Virus record (IMG/VR): IMGVR_UViG_3300042298_002704
Reading direction: 5' to 3' (one strand)
From: a virus
Taxonomy: Duplodnaviria; Heunggongvirae; Uroviricota; Caudoviricetes
Length of the DNA: 64,000 bases
Shown here: piece by piece, positions 1-8,873 of the stretch
How the letters are laid out: every line of letters begins with the position of its first letter
Position numbering within the stretch: the first letter of the stretch is position 1
Program-made: the position numbers and the translations under genes
Notes under the pieces: model-generated
The model's input: only the letters and a program-made list of their open reading frames with translations
The model's database searches: none
Told to the model about the DNA's origin: nothing

Positions 1-661
1 GTTCCACCGTATAATTTTCAAATAAATAAGTTAAACTCGTCCGCAATTGCGCATAATTTTGTTCATTCCAGACATTATGATTGTGTTTACCTGCAATATG
101 ACTTTGAAACATAATCATATCGTGATTATGAATGGAAATATTTTCTTGGTGAATTCCGTCGTGGCCAAAGAATGTTTTACATTGCCATTCCAAATTGTTA
201 TTATGCTGATAATGAAGTGCTACATATTTGAATTTGCTTTGTAATTCATATTTTGATTCTGGCGAACATAACCATCCCGGATTACGATGTCCCATTTCAG
301 ATAAATCAAATCCGCATTCAGCCCATTCATTCTCCATTAACGAAATTCTTTCTTGTATTTGTTTTGAATCTCGCAATTCAGCCCACTCGCACTCTCCATA
401 AAGTTTAGGGTCAGAAGTCATGTGGAAGTGGCCGTGGGTGCAAATTTCTGTGAACGAAAGACTTGCAAGTTCTTGAATCCAACTTTTATCTTTACTAATG
501 GGATATTCGCGGTGGTAACAAGAAGGAACGAAAATATTGAATTTACAGCCAAATTCTTCATTCAAACTTCTAAACCATTTTTCCGCAGGTTCTCCAAGTA
601 ATCGGTAGCCTTTTTTGGGATTTATGTCATCTACTGCTATATTTAATTTAAACTGGCTCAT
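1..661 (-). CDS. Polysaccharide deacetylase-like protein (NodB/CE4 fold); runs off the left edge, missing from the ORF track
   Basis: Manual translation from ATG at 661: MSQFKLNIAVDDINP...EICTHGHFH...HRNPGWLCS; DD, HxxxH and RxPxW motifs of CE4 deacetylases; frame open to position 2. Confidence 0.7.
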   Translation of the reverse strand, partial: MSQFKLNIAVDDINPKKGYRLLGEPAEKWFRSLNEEFGCKFNIFVPSCYHREYPISKDKSWIQELASLSFTEICTHGHFHMTSDPKLYGECEWAELRDSKQIQERISLMENEWAECGFDLSEMGHRNPGWLCSPESKYELQSKFKYVALHYQHNNNLEWQCKTFFGHDGIHQENISIHNHDMIMFQSHIAGKHNHNVWNEQNYAQLRTSLTYLFENYTVE

Positions 662-953
662 GTCTAAAACTTTCCTTACTATGAATATAACAATGAAAAA
701 CGGTTTTAATCCAAGGACAAACATTTATGTCATTGGCAAACCAAATGCCTTCTTGACCGTGAGAGAATATAATGCAATTATCATGCTCCTCACGAATATG
801 TTTCCAAGATTTGTCACTCTCAATATTTAACAACCACTTTTCAAACAAATCTGCCCATTCTTTGTAATTAGGACTTATAAACATAGTGTCATCATCTGGG
901 CAATCGTTTGAAAAATAAATCGCCTCAAACAGTTTTTCTTGATATTTGGTCAT
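648..953 (-). CDS. Hypothetical protein (101 aa)
   Basis: ORF packed with minus-strand neighbours; no motif recognised. Confidence 0.6.
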   Translation of the reverse strand: MTKYQEKLFEAIYFSNDCPDDDTMFISPNYKEWADLFEKWLLNIESDKSWKHIREEHDNCIIFSHGQEGIWFANDINVCPWIKTVFHCYIHSKESFRHEPV

Positions 954-962
954 AAATTTAAT

Positions 963-1244
963 TTATCGTGCAAATAATATGATAGCAGGTTGAACGTTGT
1001 TATGTTTATCAATTACTTCTTGGATTTCATCCGATAAATCATCAGCATCTTCATTAATATACCAAATTAATTCATTATCATTCATAGCAAATCGATCGTT
1101 AGAATCCAAAACGACTGAATTATCTTTACTGATAAAATCATGAACTCCGGTTCTGCCATATTGATCATATGCATATAAAACAGCGGCTTCTGGGTCGCAT
1201 TTTTGAAGTTCTGAAATTAAATCTTTAACTTTAATGGTTTGCAT
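963..1244 (-). CDS. Hypothetical protein (93 aa)
   Basis: MQTIKVKDLISELQKCDPEA start, typical of small phage proteins. Confidence 0.6.
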   Translation of the reverse strand: MQTIKVKDLISELQKCDPEAAVLYAYDQYGRTGVHDFISKDNSVVLDSNDRFAMNDNELIWYINEDADDLSDEIQEVIDKHNNVQPAIILFAR

Positions 1245-1650
1245 TTATTTCTTTAATTTTTTGTTCTCTTAAATTTTGCAATTTTTTAATTTGATGGTCA
1301 ATTTCAATTATATCAGAATGTAGAAATACATATCGAAATTCAAACTCATTGAAATTATACCAATCATCATGTTGAACAACGATCGTTAATTCTGAATCTT
1401 TTTTGTTGTACCGATTAAACTCGCAAAAGTGAACTAAGTTTTTTGTCGGTGTAATTTGAAACCCTCGACTGCATAGCCAATCAGCATCTTCCAACCTAAA
1501 TGTCACGGCTCTGAACTGTCTATCAAATAATGACTTATACGATTGTTCAAATGCGCTGTTAAAGGTATAATCTTGGGGTTCAAGGGTTCGGGTTTTGAAA
1601 TCTTTGATTGTAATTGTTTTCCAAGGTAAATCTTGCGGATTTATAAGCAT
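1231..1650 (-). CDS. Hypothetical protein (139 aa)
   Basis: ORF in operon-like packing. Confidence 0.6.
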   Translation of the reverse strand: MLINPQDLPWKTITIKDFKTRTLEPQDYTFNSAFEQSYKSLFDRQFRAVTFRLEDADWLCSRGFQITPTKNLVHFCEFNRYNKKDSELTIVVQHDDWYNFNEFEFRYVFLHSDIIEIDHQIKKLQNLREQKIKEINANH

Positions 1651-1654
1651 AATT

Positions 1655-1882
1655 TCAATTATTGTTATTTTTAATTTGTTCTAACTTTGATGCAAATAAG
1701 GCTACTTCCCAACCAATTTCTTCAACAAATTCACCTACTACTTTACAATAACCTAACCCATTGTTTTGACAATACATTTCTGCTTCTTGCCAATTTAAGG
1801 CTTCAATGTTCGGGCCTTGCCAAACTTTTAATTCACCGTCATTTGGATCAATAGCACGAATTTCAGTTGTAAATTTCTTCAT
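1655..1882 (-). CDS. Hypothetical protein (75 aa)
   Basis: ORF with TAATG stop/start overlap to upstream gene. Confidence 0.6.
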   Translation of the reverse strand: MKKFTTEIRAIDPNDGELKVWQGPNIEALNWQEAEMYCQNNGLGYCKVVGEFVEEIGWEVALFASKLEQIKNNNN

Positions 1883-2157
1883 TAAACATAACCTTCGTTT
1901 TCTTTCATAAATTCTTTTCGGGTTATTGCAATTATGGGTAAATTATCCAAATATGACAAATCAGGATCGGCTTCCAATTTAGTCTTCCAACATTGTTCTA
2001 CTTCATTGAATTCAAAGTCAACGCCCCACTCTCCAGCAGGTCGCCAATAATAATATCCCGAATCCGAAGCAAAATAATTGTGCTGCCTTCGTTCCAACCT
2101 CATTGCGGTTCCGGTCGGGGAACCTATACGAACGTATTTGGGCGGTTTATTTTTCAT
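1882..2157 (-). CDS. Hypothetical protein (91 aa)
   Basis: ORF in operon-like packing. Confidence 0.6.
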   Translation of the reverse strand: MKNKPPKYVRIGSPTGTAMRLERRQHNYFASDSGYYYWRPAGEWGVDFEFNEVEQCWKTKLEADPDLSYLDNLPIIAITRKEFMKENEGYV

Positions 2158-2160
2158 CTG

Positions 2161-2322
2161 CTATTTAAAATGACTTTTTATCCAGTTTAAAATGTTATTG
2201 TAATTTAAAATAGTCAGCATCAAAATAAACCACACTACACTCCAAATTTCATATTGAAATGAACCTTCAAATGCAAACAATACTCCTAAAAAATAAAATA
2301 GTATAGCAATAATGTTTTTCAT
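2161..2322 (-). CDS. Small membrane protein (53 aa), not in ORF track
   Basis: MKNIIAILFIFLGVLFAFEGSFQYEIWSVVWFILMLTILN...; two hydrophobic segments; ATGA overlap with upstream gene. Confidence 0.55.
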   Translation of the reverse strand: MKNIIAILFYFLGVLFAFEGSFQYEIWSVVWFILMLTILNYNNILNWIKSHFK

Positions 2323-3341
2323 AGTGACTTCGATTTTACCTGTTTAAACAATGTTTCAAGATTATGTTTCGATTTTTCTTCTAATTCAACCCACCAGTTT
2401 CCTTTTTTTTCAGCATTACAAATTCCAGTTGGATTATCTTCATTTAAGATAAACTTTCGTTTTTGTGGGTGTCTACGGTTATGAACCCGTAAAATGTTTT
2501 TGAAATTGAACTGAACAAAGTCATCTCCCATAATCCGTTTGGCGATTCTTAAAATTGATTCATCTTCGCCGTGATGGATTAATGAATGGGGCAAAGTTAC
2601 TCCCGATTTTAAAAGTTCACTTGTAAAAACCAAACAACTTCCATCGGCCTTGGGTTCAGTCAATGCTTGGACTTGAATTTTATCGGGACTGATATTATTT
2701 ATTTCATTCATTTGTTCTAAGGACATATAAGATTTTTCAGAGGCAGGATTGTTAAAAATCCAATTTTCATCATCTTGATATGGAATTGATTCAAATAAAG
2801 GATGCGTTATCACGTCCCAACTTTTGTCCCAATTCTTTCTTCCGGCAAAGTTAGCAACATATTTGGGATATTGGCCGGAAACTTGTTCATGTAAAGTTTC
2901 CAAAGCAAATAACGTTTGTTTGGGCCATAGAGAATCCACCTCGTTCCAACAAATAAAGTCATGTGTATTGGTATATTTCCAACATATATCTCTGCGAGAG
3001 TGTGCAATATTATAAAAAGGAACATCATCAAAAATATATGAAATCTTCACATCCAATTCAGATGGTAGTTTACCCCATATCTTTCCAAATTGTTCTTTAA
3101 ATAAAATAAAACCATAGTATTCGTTTATAAATACTCTGCCATTTCCATGCTGTTCATAAAATTTATACCAATCTATTTTTTCAAATTTTTGCTGAAAATT
3201 AAAACATAAATCTATTGTAATATTTTGTTTATTAGTTATTGGTTCAGTCATCTGAATCAGAGATTGAATATGTTCATTGAACATTCCAATTTCATAAAAT
3301 TGAATTAACGACGAAAATACATATTTATTATTTAATTGCAT
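2319..3341 (-). CDS. Glycosyltransferase-like protein (GT-A fold)
   Basis: ICWNEVDSLW (DxD-like), HHGEDESI (GED motif), late RVHNRRHP; lies in sugar gene cluster. Confidence 0.55.
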   Translation of the reverse strand: MQLNNKYVFSSLIQFYEIGMFNEHIQSLIQMTEPITNKQNITIDLCFNFQQKFEKIDWYKFYEQHGNGRVFINEYYGFILFKEQFGKIWGKLPSELDVKISYIFDDVPFYNIAHSRRDICWKYTNTHDFICWNEVDSLWPKQTLFALETLHEQVSGQYPKYVANFAGRKNWDKSWDVITHPLFESIPYQDDENWIFNNPASEKSYMSLEQMNEINNISPDKIQVQALTEPKADGSCLVFTSELLKSGVTLPHSLIHHGEDESILRIAKRIMGDDFVQFNFKNILRVHNRRHPQKRKFILNEDNPTGICNAEKKGNWWVELEEKSKHNLETLFKQVKSKSL

Positions 3342-4125
3342 ATTTTTTTATTATTCTATATGTATGACTTAAATCATAATTTAACAACTGGGATATTTCT
3401 TTTGGTGTTTTTCCGCTATTGTATAATTCTAAACATTGAATTTTTATATTTTGAGATTTTTCATGAGAATTGTTATGATTAATATCAATTCGATCCCATT
3501 TTCGTTCGAGTAATGGGAGTTTCAGTGCAGTTAAATTAGTCTTAAGAGTTTTTAATTCTGAATTAACACCCAATCGCAAAAAACTCATATCTCCCCATAT
3601 ATGTATGGTACTTCTATTTGAAATATATTTTTTAAAAAATTCAAGAATATGTACCCAATTTTTATGTATTGCTATTGATAAAAATACTCTTTTATCGGAC
3701 TTAGGTGTCTTGACAATTGATCCGTCCCCGTCTATATAACCTGCAATAAGTGATAATATTTGGTTCTTATTAAAATTGCTCTCATAGTCATTTATATCGG
3801 GCGGATTATACGTTTTATTCGGTTTAATGTGAAATTTATTTACTATTTGTTTAACTACAATCTTGTCGCAAAAACGAATGCGACAACTGGTATTATTACT
3901 TGTCTTGGTTTTAACTTCTCTATGATCGATTTCATTTTTAAAATTTACAAATTTTTTAAATTTAAACAAATGATCATAATCTTTATTATTTATTTCTAAT
4001 GACATTTGTTGGGAATTTTGCGAAAACCAACCATCCGCTAACAGAAATCCGACCCAATAAAATGATTCGTTATCGTTTTCCAATAGTTTAGTCAAATCAT
4101 AATTTGTTTCTTTTTCTTGTTTCAT
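3328..4125 (-). CDS. Free-standing LAGLIDADG homing endonuclease (two motifs, C-terminal HTH)
   Basis: YWVGFLLADGWF and LIAGYIDGDGSI; C-terminal SGKTPKEISQLLNY. Confidence 0.9.
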   Translation of the reverse strand: MKQEKETNYDLTKLLENDNESFYWVGFLLADGWFSQNSQQMSLEINNKDYDHLFKFKKFVNFKNEIDHREVKTKTSNNTSCRIRFCDKIVVKQIVNKFHIKPNKTYNPPDINDYESNFNKNQILSLIAGYIDGDGSIVKTPKSDKRVFLSIAIHKNWVHILEFFKKYISNRSTIHIWGDMSFLRLGVNSELKTLKTNLTALKLPLLERKWDRIDINHNNSHEKSQNIKIQCLELYNSGKTPKEISQLLNYDLSHTYRIIKKYAIK

Positions 4126-4276
4126 TTTTTTGAATTTCCTTTATAGTTTTTATAAGAAGATTGCTAACAAATTGATTAACTTTTAGAGAATTCTGTTTAC
4201 AATATTCTTTAACAATCGAATGACATTCAACTGACACTCTAAAACTTTTCAATTCATCGATTTCTTCTTGTTTCAT
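4097..4276 (-). CDS. Small RHH-like DNA-binding protein (59 aa), not in ORF track; paralog of 16799..16966
   Basis: MKQEEIDELKSFRVSVECHSIVKEYCKQNSLKVNQFVSNLLIKTIKEIQKNETRKRNKL; strand-helix-helix pattern; overlaps the LAGLIDADG start by 29 nt. Confidence 0.75.
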   Translation of the reverse strand: MKQEEIDELKSFRVSVECHSIVKEYCKQNSLKVNQFVSNLLIKTIKEIQKNETRKRNKL

Positions 4277-4279
4277 ATA

Positions 4280-4301
4280 CTATAAGTATCCAAAATTTTA
4301 C
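4280..4301 (-). promoter_or_regulatory. 22-nt motif gtaaaattttGGATACTTATAG just upstream of the small RHH-like gene; putative phage promoter/operator
   Basis: 21/22 identical to 16969..16990; core GATA(C/T)TTATA also directly precedes the ATG at 8873. Confidence 0.6.
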
Positions 4302-4309
4302 AAAAAAAG

Positions 4310-4429
4310 TTACAAATTATTTTCAATTCCTTCCAACATTTGTTGGCAAGAACGTAAATGCTTATCCAACATTTCAATTTCGTAAAACTGAACTTGGGTT
4401 CCGATGAGGTAAGTGTTTTTTAATTTCAT
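4310..4429 (-). pseudogene. Stranded 39-codon N-terminus of the 2319..3341 glycosyltransferase family
   Basis: MKLKNTYLIGTQVQFYEIEMLDKHLRSCQQMLEGIENNL* aligns without gaps to MQLNNKYVFSSLIQFYEIGMFNEHIQSLIQMTEPITNKQ (17/39 identical). Confidence 0.8.
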
Positions 4430-4431
4430 TT

Positions 4432-4692
4432 TTAAATCATTTTACAGCCAGAATAGGCTTCATAATTGTAAAGATTGGGGGCATAATGAAGATATTCTTC
4501 ATGAACTGCATAATTAATCACTTCTCCGTTTGACAAACGTTCTGATTTCCATTCCCATTGGCCGTATTCATTACGTTGCGGCACTGTCAAAACTTTGGTT
4601 TTTATACAGCAACCATATTCATATTCGTAATGAATATCGCCAATTTTTATGCCTTGAACCTCGACATCACCCTTTGTAAAAATTCTATTCAT
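4432..4692 (-). CDS. Hypothetical protein (86 aa)
   Basis: ORF in operon-like packing. Confidence 0.6.
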   Translation of the reverse strand: MNRIFTKGDVEVQGIKIGDIHYEYEYGCCIKTKVLTVPQRNEYGQWEWKSERLSNGEVINYAVHEEYLHYAPNLYNYEAYSGCKMI

Positions 4693-4996
4693 TTTTCAGT
4701 ATTTTTATCGTTTGAATTATTTCACCAGTAAATATCTTTTTTCTAACTAAGAAAACTTGTCCGGGCCGAACCTCAAAGTGAAATTCAGTATCATGGTAAA
4801 TCCATTGCCATGAATAAATGTCATCACTACTGGGGTTTATTTGCTTAACTTTAACCCGTTTAATTCCATAAGGCGGTATATTGATATAATTGTCGTTTAA
4901 CAATATTTCACCTGCTTCCGAATTAACTTTAAAGGTTTGGGCATTTGAGTTTAACCAAAGACAAATAAATACAAAACTAAACAGTTTCCTCATCAT
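4685..4996 (-). CDS. Hypothetical exported protein
   Basis: Signal-peptide-like N-terminus RKLFSFVFICLWLNSNAQ. Confidence 0.55.
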   Translation of the reverse strand: MMRKLFSFVFICLWLNSNAQTFKVNSEAGEILLNDNYINIPPYGIKRVKVKQINPSSDDIYSWQWIYHDTEFHFEVRPGQVFLVRKKIFTGEIIQTIKILKNE

Positions 4997-5276
4997 TAAA
5001 ATGTTTTAATTGATAAACCATCATCATTGCATTACAAGCAAGAGCAATTAAATGACCGTTTTCCTGACCATCATCATCAAAGGTTCCTTCTTGAATTTCC
5101 ATAAAATGCCGTATCAAGGCTTGATTCAATTCCTCAACATCAATCTTTTTTTTCCAGTTGAACCTTGGATATTTGTCTCCCTTATTTTGGGACATTCGTT
5201 CGGCCATTGATTTAACAAATGACCAATCCAACTCGTAGAAAAGTTTATCTTTGTTCTCTTTTATTCCAGAATTCAT
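4977..5276 (-). CDS. DUF5664 / dATP-dGTP diphosphohydrolase-like protein
   Basis: KYPRFNWKK...ALIRHFMEIQEG...HLIALACNAMMM matches the family pattern KY.x.NW.K...A..RH...H(L)..A..N. Confidence 0.7.
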   Translation of the reverse strand: MNSGIKENKDKLFYELDWSFVKSMAERMSQNKGDKYPRFNWKKKIDVEELNQALIRHFMEIQEGTFDDDGQENGHLIALACNAMMMVYQLKHFNDEETV

Positions 5277-5391
5277 TCAAAACCATTATTGTGAACGTTA
5301 AAAATCCGGCATATATAAAAGAATTTATATGCGTATAGAGTCCTAAAATGGACAATCCGGCACTTACAAAAGTTAACTGAAAGGATTTCAT
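5245..5391 (-). CDS. Small membrane protein (probable start MKSFQL at 5391)
   Basis: Two hydrophobic segments; TAATG overlap with upstream stop. Confidence 0.5.
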   Translation of the reverse strand: MKSFQLTFVSAGLSILGLYTHINSFIYAGFLTFTIMVLNEFWNKREQR

Positions 5392-5594
5392 TATTTCAAT
5401 TTTATAAACAATAACGCAAAACCAAATATAGGCCAACCTAATACAAGCAACACCGAAAAAATAATCAAAACTGGAACAATAAAAATCATTTGTTCTGAAT
5501 GATAATATTTCGCGGTAAGATATTTAAAATCTTGATAAGCAATAAAGCCGAAAATAACTACTCCGAATAGATAAATTAGTAAAATAGTACCCAT
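5391..5594 (-). CDS. Small membrane protein (67 aa)
   Basis: Two hydrophobic segments. Confidence 0.55.
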   Translation of the reverse strand: MGTILLIYLFGVVIFGFIAYQDFKYLTAKYYHSEQMIFIVPVLIIFSVLLVLGWPIFGFALLFIKLK

Positions 5595-5596
5595 TT

Positions 5597-6004
5597 TTAA
5601 AAATTATTTAATATGTCCCAAAATTCAACAGGGAGATGAATGTTTTTATTTGATATTGCAATATGAAATAATGGTGCGATTTCTTCTGACGAATAACCAC
5701 TTAAACCACAACCAATTTTGGTTACTAAGAATATTTTATCAGGATTTTGTTTTGCATATTCAACAAAGATTTTAACATAAGGTTCGATTTCATTTATTGA
5801 AAGAACCTTCAAATTTCTATCCTTAGTCGGAATTGCATAACATTCGCCTGTTGGGCCAAATCCAACGCCGTATTCTGCTCCAAATTGATTTTTAGCATTT
5901 AAGGCTGCACCTAATCCGTGCTTTCCTGCTAAGTTCGAACCAAATACGAAAATCTCGTTTGGTTTGAGTTCAGTTATATTTGGATGAGTTATTCTATTAA
6001 TCAT
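5597..6004 (-). CDS. A1S_2505-family phage protein (macrodomain-like)
   Basis: EIFVFGSNLAGKHGLGAA...YAIPTKD...FLVTKIGCGLSGY. Confidence 0.75.
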   Translation of the reverse strand: MINRITHPNITELKPNEIFVFGSNLAGKHGLGAALNAKNQFGAEYGVGFGPTGECYAIPTKDRNLKVLSINEIEPYVKIFVEYAKQNPDKIFLVTKIGCGLSGYSSEEIAPLFHIAISNKNIHLPVEFWDILNNF

Positions 6005-6631
6005 TTATCTGTTGAGTTTACAAATCAATCCTTCTGAACCTTTGGTTAATACCCGCTCAGGAAACCCGCCGAAGGAATATTTGATTGGATGGCCAATTTC
6101 TTGAATTTTGACCAATCTACCGTTATAAATCAATTGTTCAATTGCGACAAATACCCGTTCGTTTAACCCATAATCGTCAAAAATAAAATAAACATCTCCA
6201 TTACCCAAATTCATTGAACAGGCACGAGCAACGTCATCTAAGACGTTTTGGGTATCGTGTCCAGCATCTACGACAAATACATTCAAAGGTTTAGTATTTG
6301 GATTATCATCAAATGTATAACTTTTATATAAAACCATAGCAATGTACTCAATATTGGTTCTATCTGAATTCAAAACTTGGGCTTCGTGAAAATGTCCCGG
6401 AAAGTTTATCGTGTAAACCTTTGAAAACAAATAACTCAAAACTCTCGTTGTTTGACCTTTATGAGTTCCAAATTCAAGTGCATTCCATGTATGAGAACCT
6501 TCCAAGTTTTTGAAAAACTCCCATACATCGGTTTTAAACTTGAAAGAGGTAGTTGAAAAGTTTTGAAACTTATCCTCTCCTACTTCTTCTAAAATTTCTT
6601 CTATTGACTTAAAATAGACCGTTTCTTTCAT
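6005..6631 (-). CDS. Class I SAM-dependent methyltransferase (Methyltransf_24-like)
   Basis: ALEFGTHKGQTT (motif I), FVVDAGHD, FIFDDY. Confidence 0.75.
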   Translation of the reverse strand: MKETVYFKSIEEILEEVGEDKFQNFSTTSFKFKTDVWEFFKNLEGSHTWNALEFGTHKGQTTRVLSYLFSKVYTINFPGHFHEAQVLNSDRTNIEYIAMVLYKSYTFDDNPNTKPLNVFVVDAGHDTQNVLDDVARACSMNLGNGDVYFIFDDYGLNERVFVAIEQLIYNGRLVKIQEIGHPIKYSFGGFPERVLTKGSEGLICKLNR

Positions 6632-6804
6632 GTTAGAATAACCAAATTAAAATGTAATAGAATTCCAACCATTGCGCAAAATGTTGACAATGTACTTGTA
6701 ATGGTACAAATAAATGCTCCGAATAAAGTTTCTTCATTAGATTTAAAGATTTTATACGAATTTACAAGTCCGATAAATGGAATTAACGATATGAAAATGT
6801 TCAT
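6628..6804 (-). CDS. Small membrane protein (58 aa), not in ORF track
   Basis: MNIFISLIPFIGLVNSY...FCAMVGILLHFNLVILT; ATGA overlaps at both ends. Confidence 0.55.
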   Translation of the reverse strand: MNIFISLIPFIGLVNSYKIFKSNEETLFGAFICTITSTLSTFCAMVGILLHFNLVILT

Positions 6805-7769
6805 AATCCTAACTTTTGTTTGACAAGTGAATAATTGTAACTAAAAGGGTATTTAGAATTTACTGGTAGACCTAATGCTTCGCCTAAACGCAAAATTGTC
6901 GGTTTCTTAACTGCATAAAGTTCTTTACTTGTTTTAAAAAGAACCTTTGCAGCAGTTTCCCAATCAACTGTCGATGGAGTGGGAGGAACAGGAACCGAAC
7001 CATTATCAAACTTAACTTCTTCAATGCACCAAAAATCATCAGCCTCGTTTGAATTTAAAGCAAATGAATAAGGCATCCAGAACAAACCTTCCTCCCCCCA
7101 ACTTGTACCCCAACTATTTTGAATTAAAAAGCATTTTTTTGAGTCAGAAAAACCAATAATTGTAACCGCGTGTCCTCCCAATAGTCGATCTCCACGTTTT
7201 GGTAGAGGCATTATTCCAGTAGTCGACTCCCAACTTCCGTAAAAACTTTGATAAACGTTGAAACCAAAACTTACAGCAGCGCCACTCAAAAGCGTTTGTT
7301 TTATTTTAGGTTCATTCTGATCAACACTTGCATATTTGACGGCGACATTTTTTAAACCATCTTCATATACATTGGGAGTTGGTTCTTTGGTCAAGGCAGA
7401 AAGCGTATCCTGATATGGCCATAAACTTTCATTGGCCAAGCCCCACTTATTCAATGCTTTGAATCCGTCCCTAATATAGGCACCCGAATCTTCCCCTTCC
7501 CAACCTTGAAGTTTTCTTGCATTATAATATTCAAATAGACGCGACGGTTCGAATTTAAAATCGTTTGTCACTTGCGCAACCTCGTAACGAAAACAAGCGC
7601 AAGCACTATTGGAAACACACGAGCCAATATTTCCTTGGTCGTATATGGGAATCTTTCTATCCAACTCAAATTCACTTGGAAGTGAAACGGGTGCAGATAA
7701 ATGTCTTACTGATTTTAAATCACGCTCGTCTTTTGGCTGACGCTGCCAATTAAGAATTCTGGTTTGCAA
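6801..7769 (-). CDS. Papain-like cysteine peptidase (C1A family)
   Basis: DQGNIGSCVSNS (oxyanion Gln and catalytic Cys), GGHAVTIIGF (His), IQNSWGTSWGEEG (Asn); TTG start. Confidence 0.92.
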   Translation of the reverse strand: MQTRILNWQRQPKDERDLKSVRHLSAPVSLPSEFELDRKIPIYDQGNIGSCVSNSACACFRYEVAQVTNDFKFEPSRLFEYYNARKLQGWEGEDSGAYIRDGFKALNKWGLANESLWPYQDTLSALTKEPTPNVYEDGLKNVAVKYASVDQNEPKIKQTLLSGAAVSFGFNVYQSFYGSWESTTGIMPLPKRGDRLLGGHAVTIIGFSDSKKCFLIQNSWGTSWGEEGLFWMPYSFALNSNEADDFWCIEEVKFDNGSVPVPPTPSTVDWETAAKVLFKTSKELYAVKKPTILRLGEALGLPVNSKYPFSYNYSLVKQKLGL

Positions 7770-8054
7770 TTATATTTCCTCATAATTTTGTAATTTTAAA
7801 TCTGCCAATAAATGAAGTCGAAATACAACTCCTCTATCATCTTTTACCAAATAACCTAAGACTTCTTGGGTTTTATATTTTGAACCATAAAAATGGTCAT
7901 TTTCATATACATCGTCGTAACTTCCATTACCATAATAAATACGGTGGTAAAAGGTTGGAAGCCCGACAATTTCCAACCGTTCAGTTCCATTCCACAAAAC
8001 TATATCCCCAATTCTAAATTCTTCAACGTTTTTTAATGCTTCAAATACAGTCAT
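7770..8054 (-). CDS. Hypothetical protein (94 aa)
   Basis: ORF abutting neighbours. Confidence 0.6.
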   Translation of the reverse strand: MTVFEALKNVEEFRIGDIVLWNGTERLEIVGLPTFYHRIYYGNGSYDDVYENDHFYGSKYKTQEVLGYLVKDDRGVVFRLHLLADLKLQNYEEI

Positions 8055-8282
8055 CTAAAACTCTCCCTTCCAAATTTTAATAATTAATGCAGTTATTCCT
8101 AAAAATAATGCAGTAGCAAAAAGAATACCCGCAACCATCATGTTAATAACCAGATAATTTTCAAGAAATGTAACTGTTTCAGGTTGAAAATTTTCAGGAT
8201 AATGAATTCTACCAAAATAAACTACGGCCAAGTTCAACAAAAATATAACTACCAAAAATATAATTAACCATTTTCCTTTCAT
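8055..8282 (-). CDS. Small membrane protein (75 aa)
   Basis: Two hydrophobic segments. Confidence 0.6.
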   Translation of the reverse strand: MKGKWLIIFLVVIFLLNLAVVYFGRIHYPENFQPETVTFLENYLVINMMVAGILFATALFLGITALIIKIWKGEF

Positions 8283-8283
8283 A

Positions 8284-8314
8284 CAAATATAAGTATTTTC
8301 TTAGAACTTTCAAA
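8284..8314 (-). promoter_or_regulatory. Bacteroidota-type sigma-A promoter
   Basis: TTTG-N19-TATATTTG on minus strand. Confidence 0.6.
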
Positions 8315-8336
8315 TATTTAGTTTGTTAATTTAAAG

Positions 8337-8873
8337 TTAACGTTTTGAAAGGTTAGACTTAATTAAACTAAATCCTTCCTCATTATTATCAACTCTAAAA
8401 CATTTATCAATCTTATAACCAGAAGGCAAATGTTTACTTCCAATTAATTTCCAAATCCTTAATTTAGTTTTATCAATACCTTCACCACTTCTACTTGTTG
8501 CAAATACGGTAACTGCGTCAGGTTTGTTTTTGGAAATGAACCTTTGATTAATTTTGGTTATGGTTTTGAAAATTGGTAAGGTATAAGATAAATTTGTTTT
8601 CTTTGCTTGTGTTTCAAACCCATCTACACTAAATGCGGTATTAAAGACTAATTTAAGTTTAGGTTGAATTATTTCAGAAAATCTAAAATATTCTCCTATT
8701 TCTTCATCAGTAAATGATTCAAATCGAATGTAAACTTCTGAACCATCAGTTGTTTTAAATTTAAATTCGTGATCGTTTATTTGTTCATACTCGAATTCAT
8801 CAATATTGTCATAATCCAGAATTTCATTTAAAAAATCTTTGGTTAAACCTTCATATATTTCTTTGATTTTCAT
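8337..8873 (-). CDS. Hypothetical protein (178 aa), possible head-packaged protein
   Basis: N-terminus MKIKEIYE resembles T4 capsid-targeting sequences; preceded by GATATTTAT. Confidence 0.6.
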   Translation of the reverse strand: MKIKEIYEGLTKDFLNEILDYDNIDEFEYEQINDHEFKFKTTDGSEVYIRFESFTDEEIGEYFRFSEIIQPKLKLVFNTAFSVDGFETQAKKTNLSYTLPIFKTITKINQRFISKNKPDAVTVFATSRSGEGIDKTKLRIWKLIGSKHLPSGYKIDKCFRVDNNEEGFSLIKSNLSKR

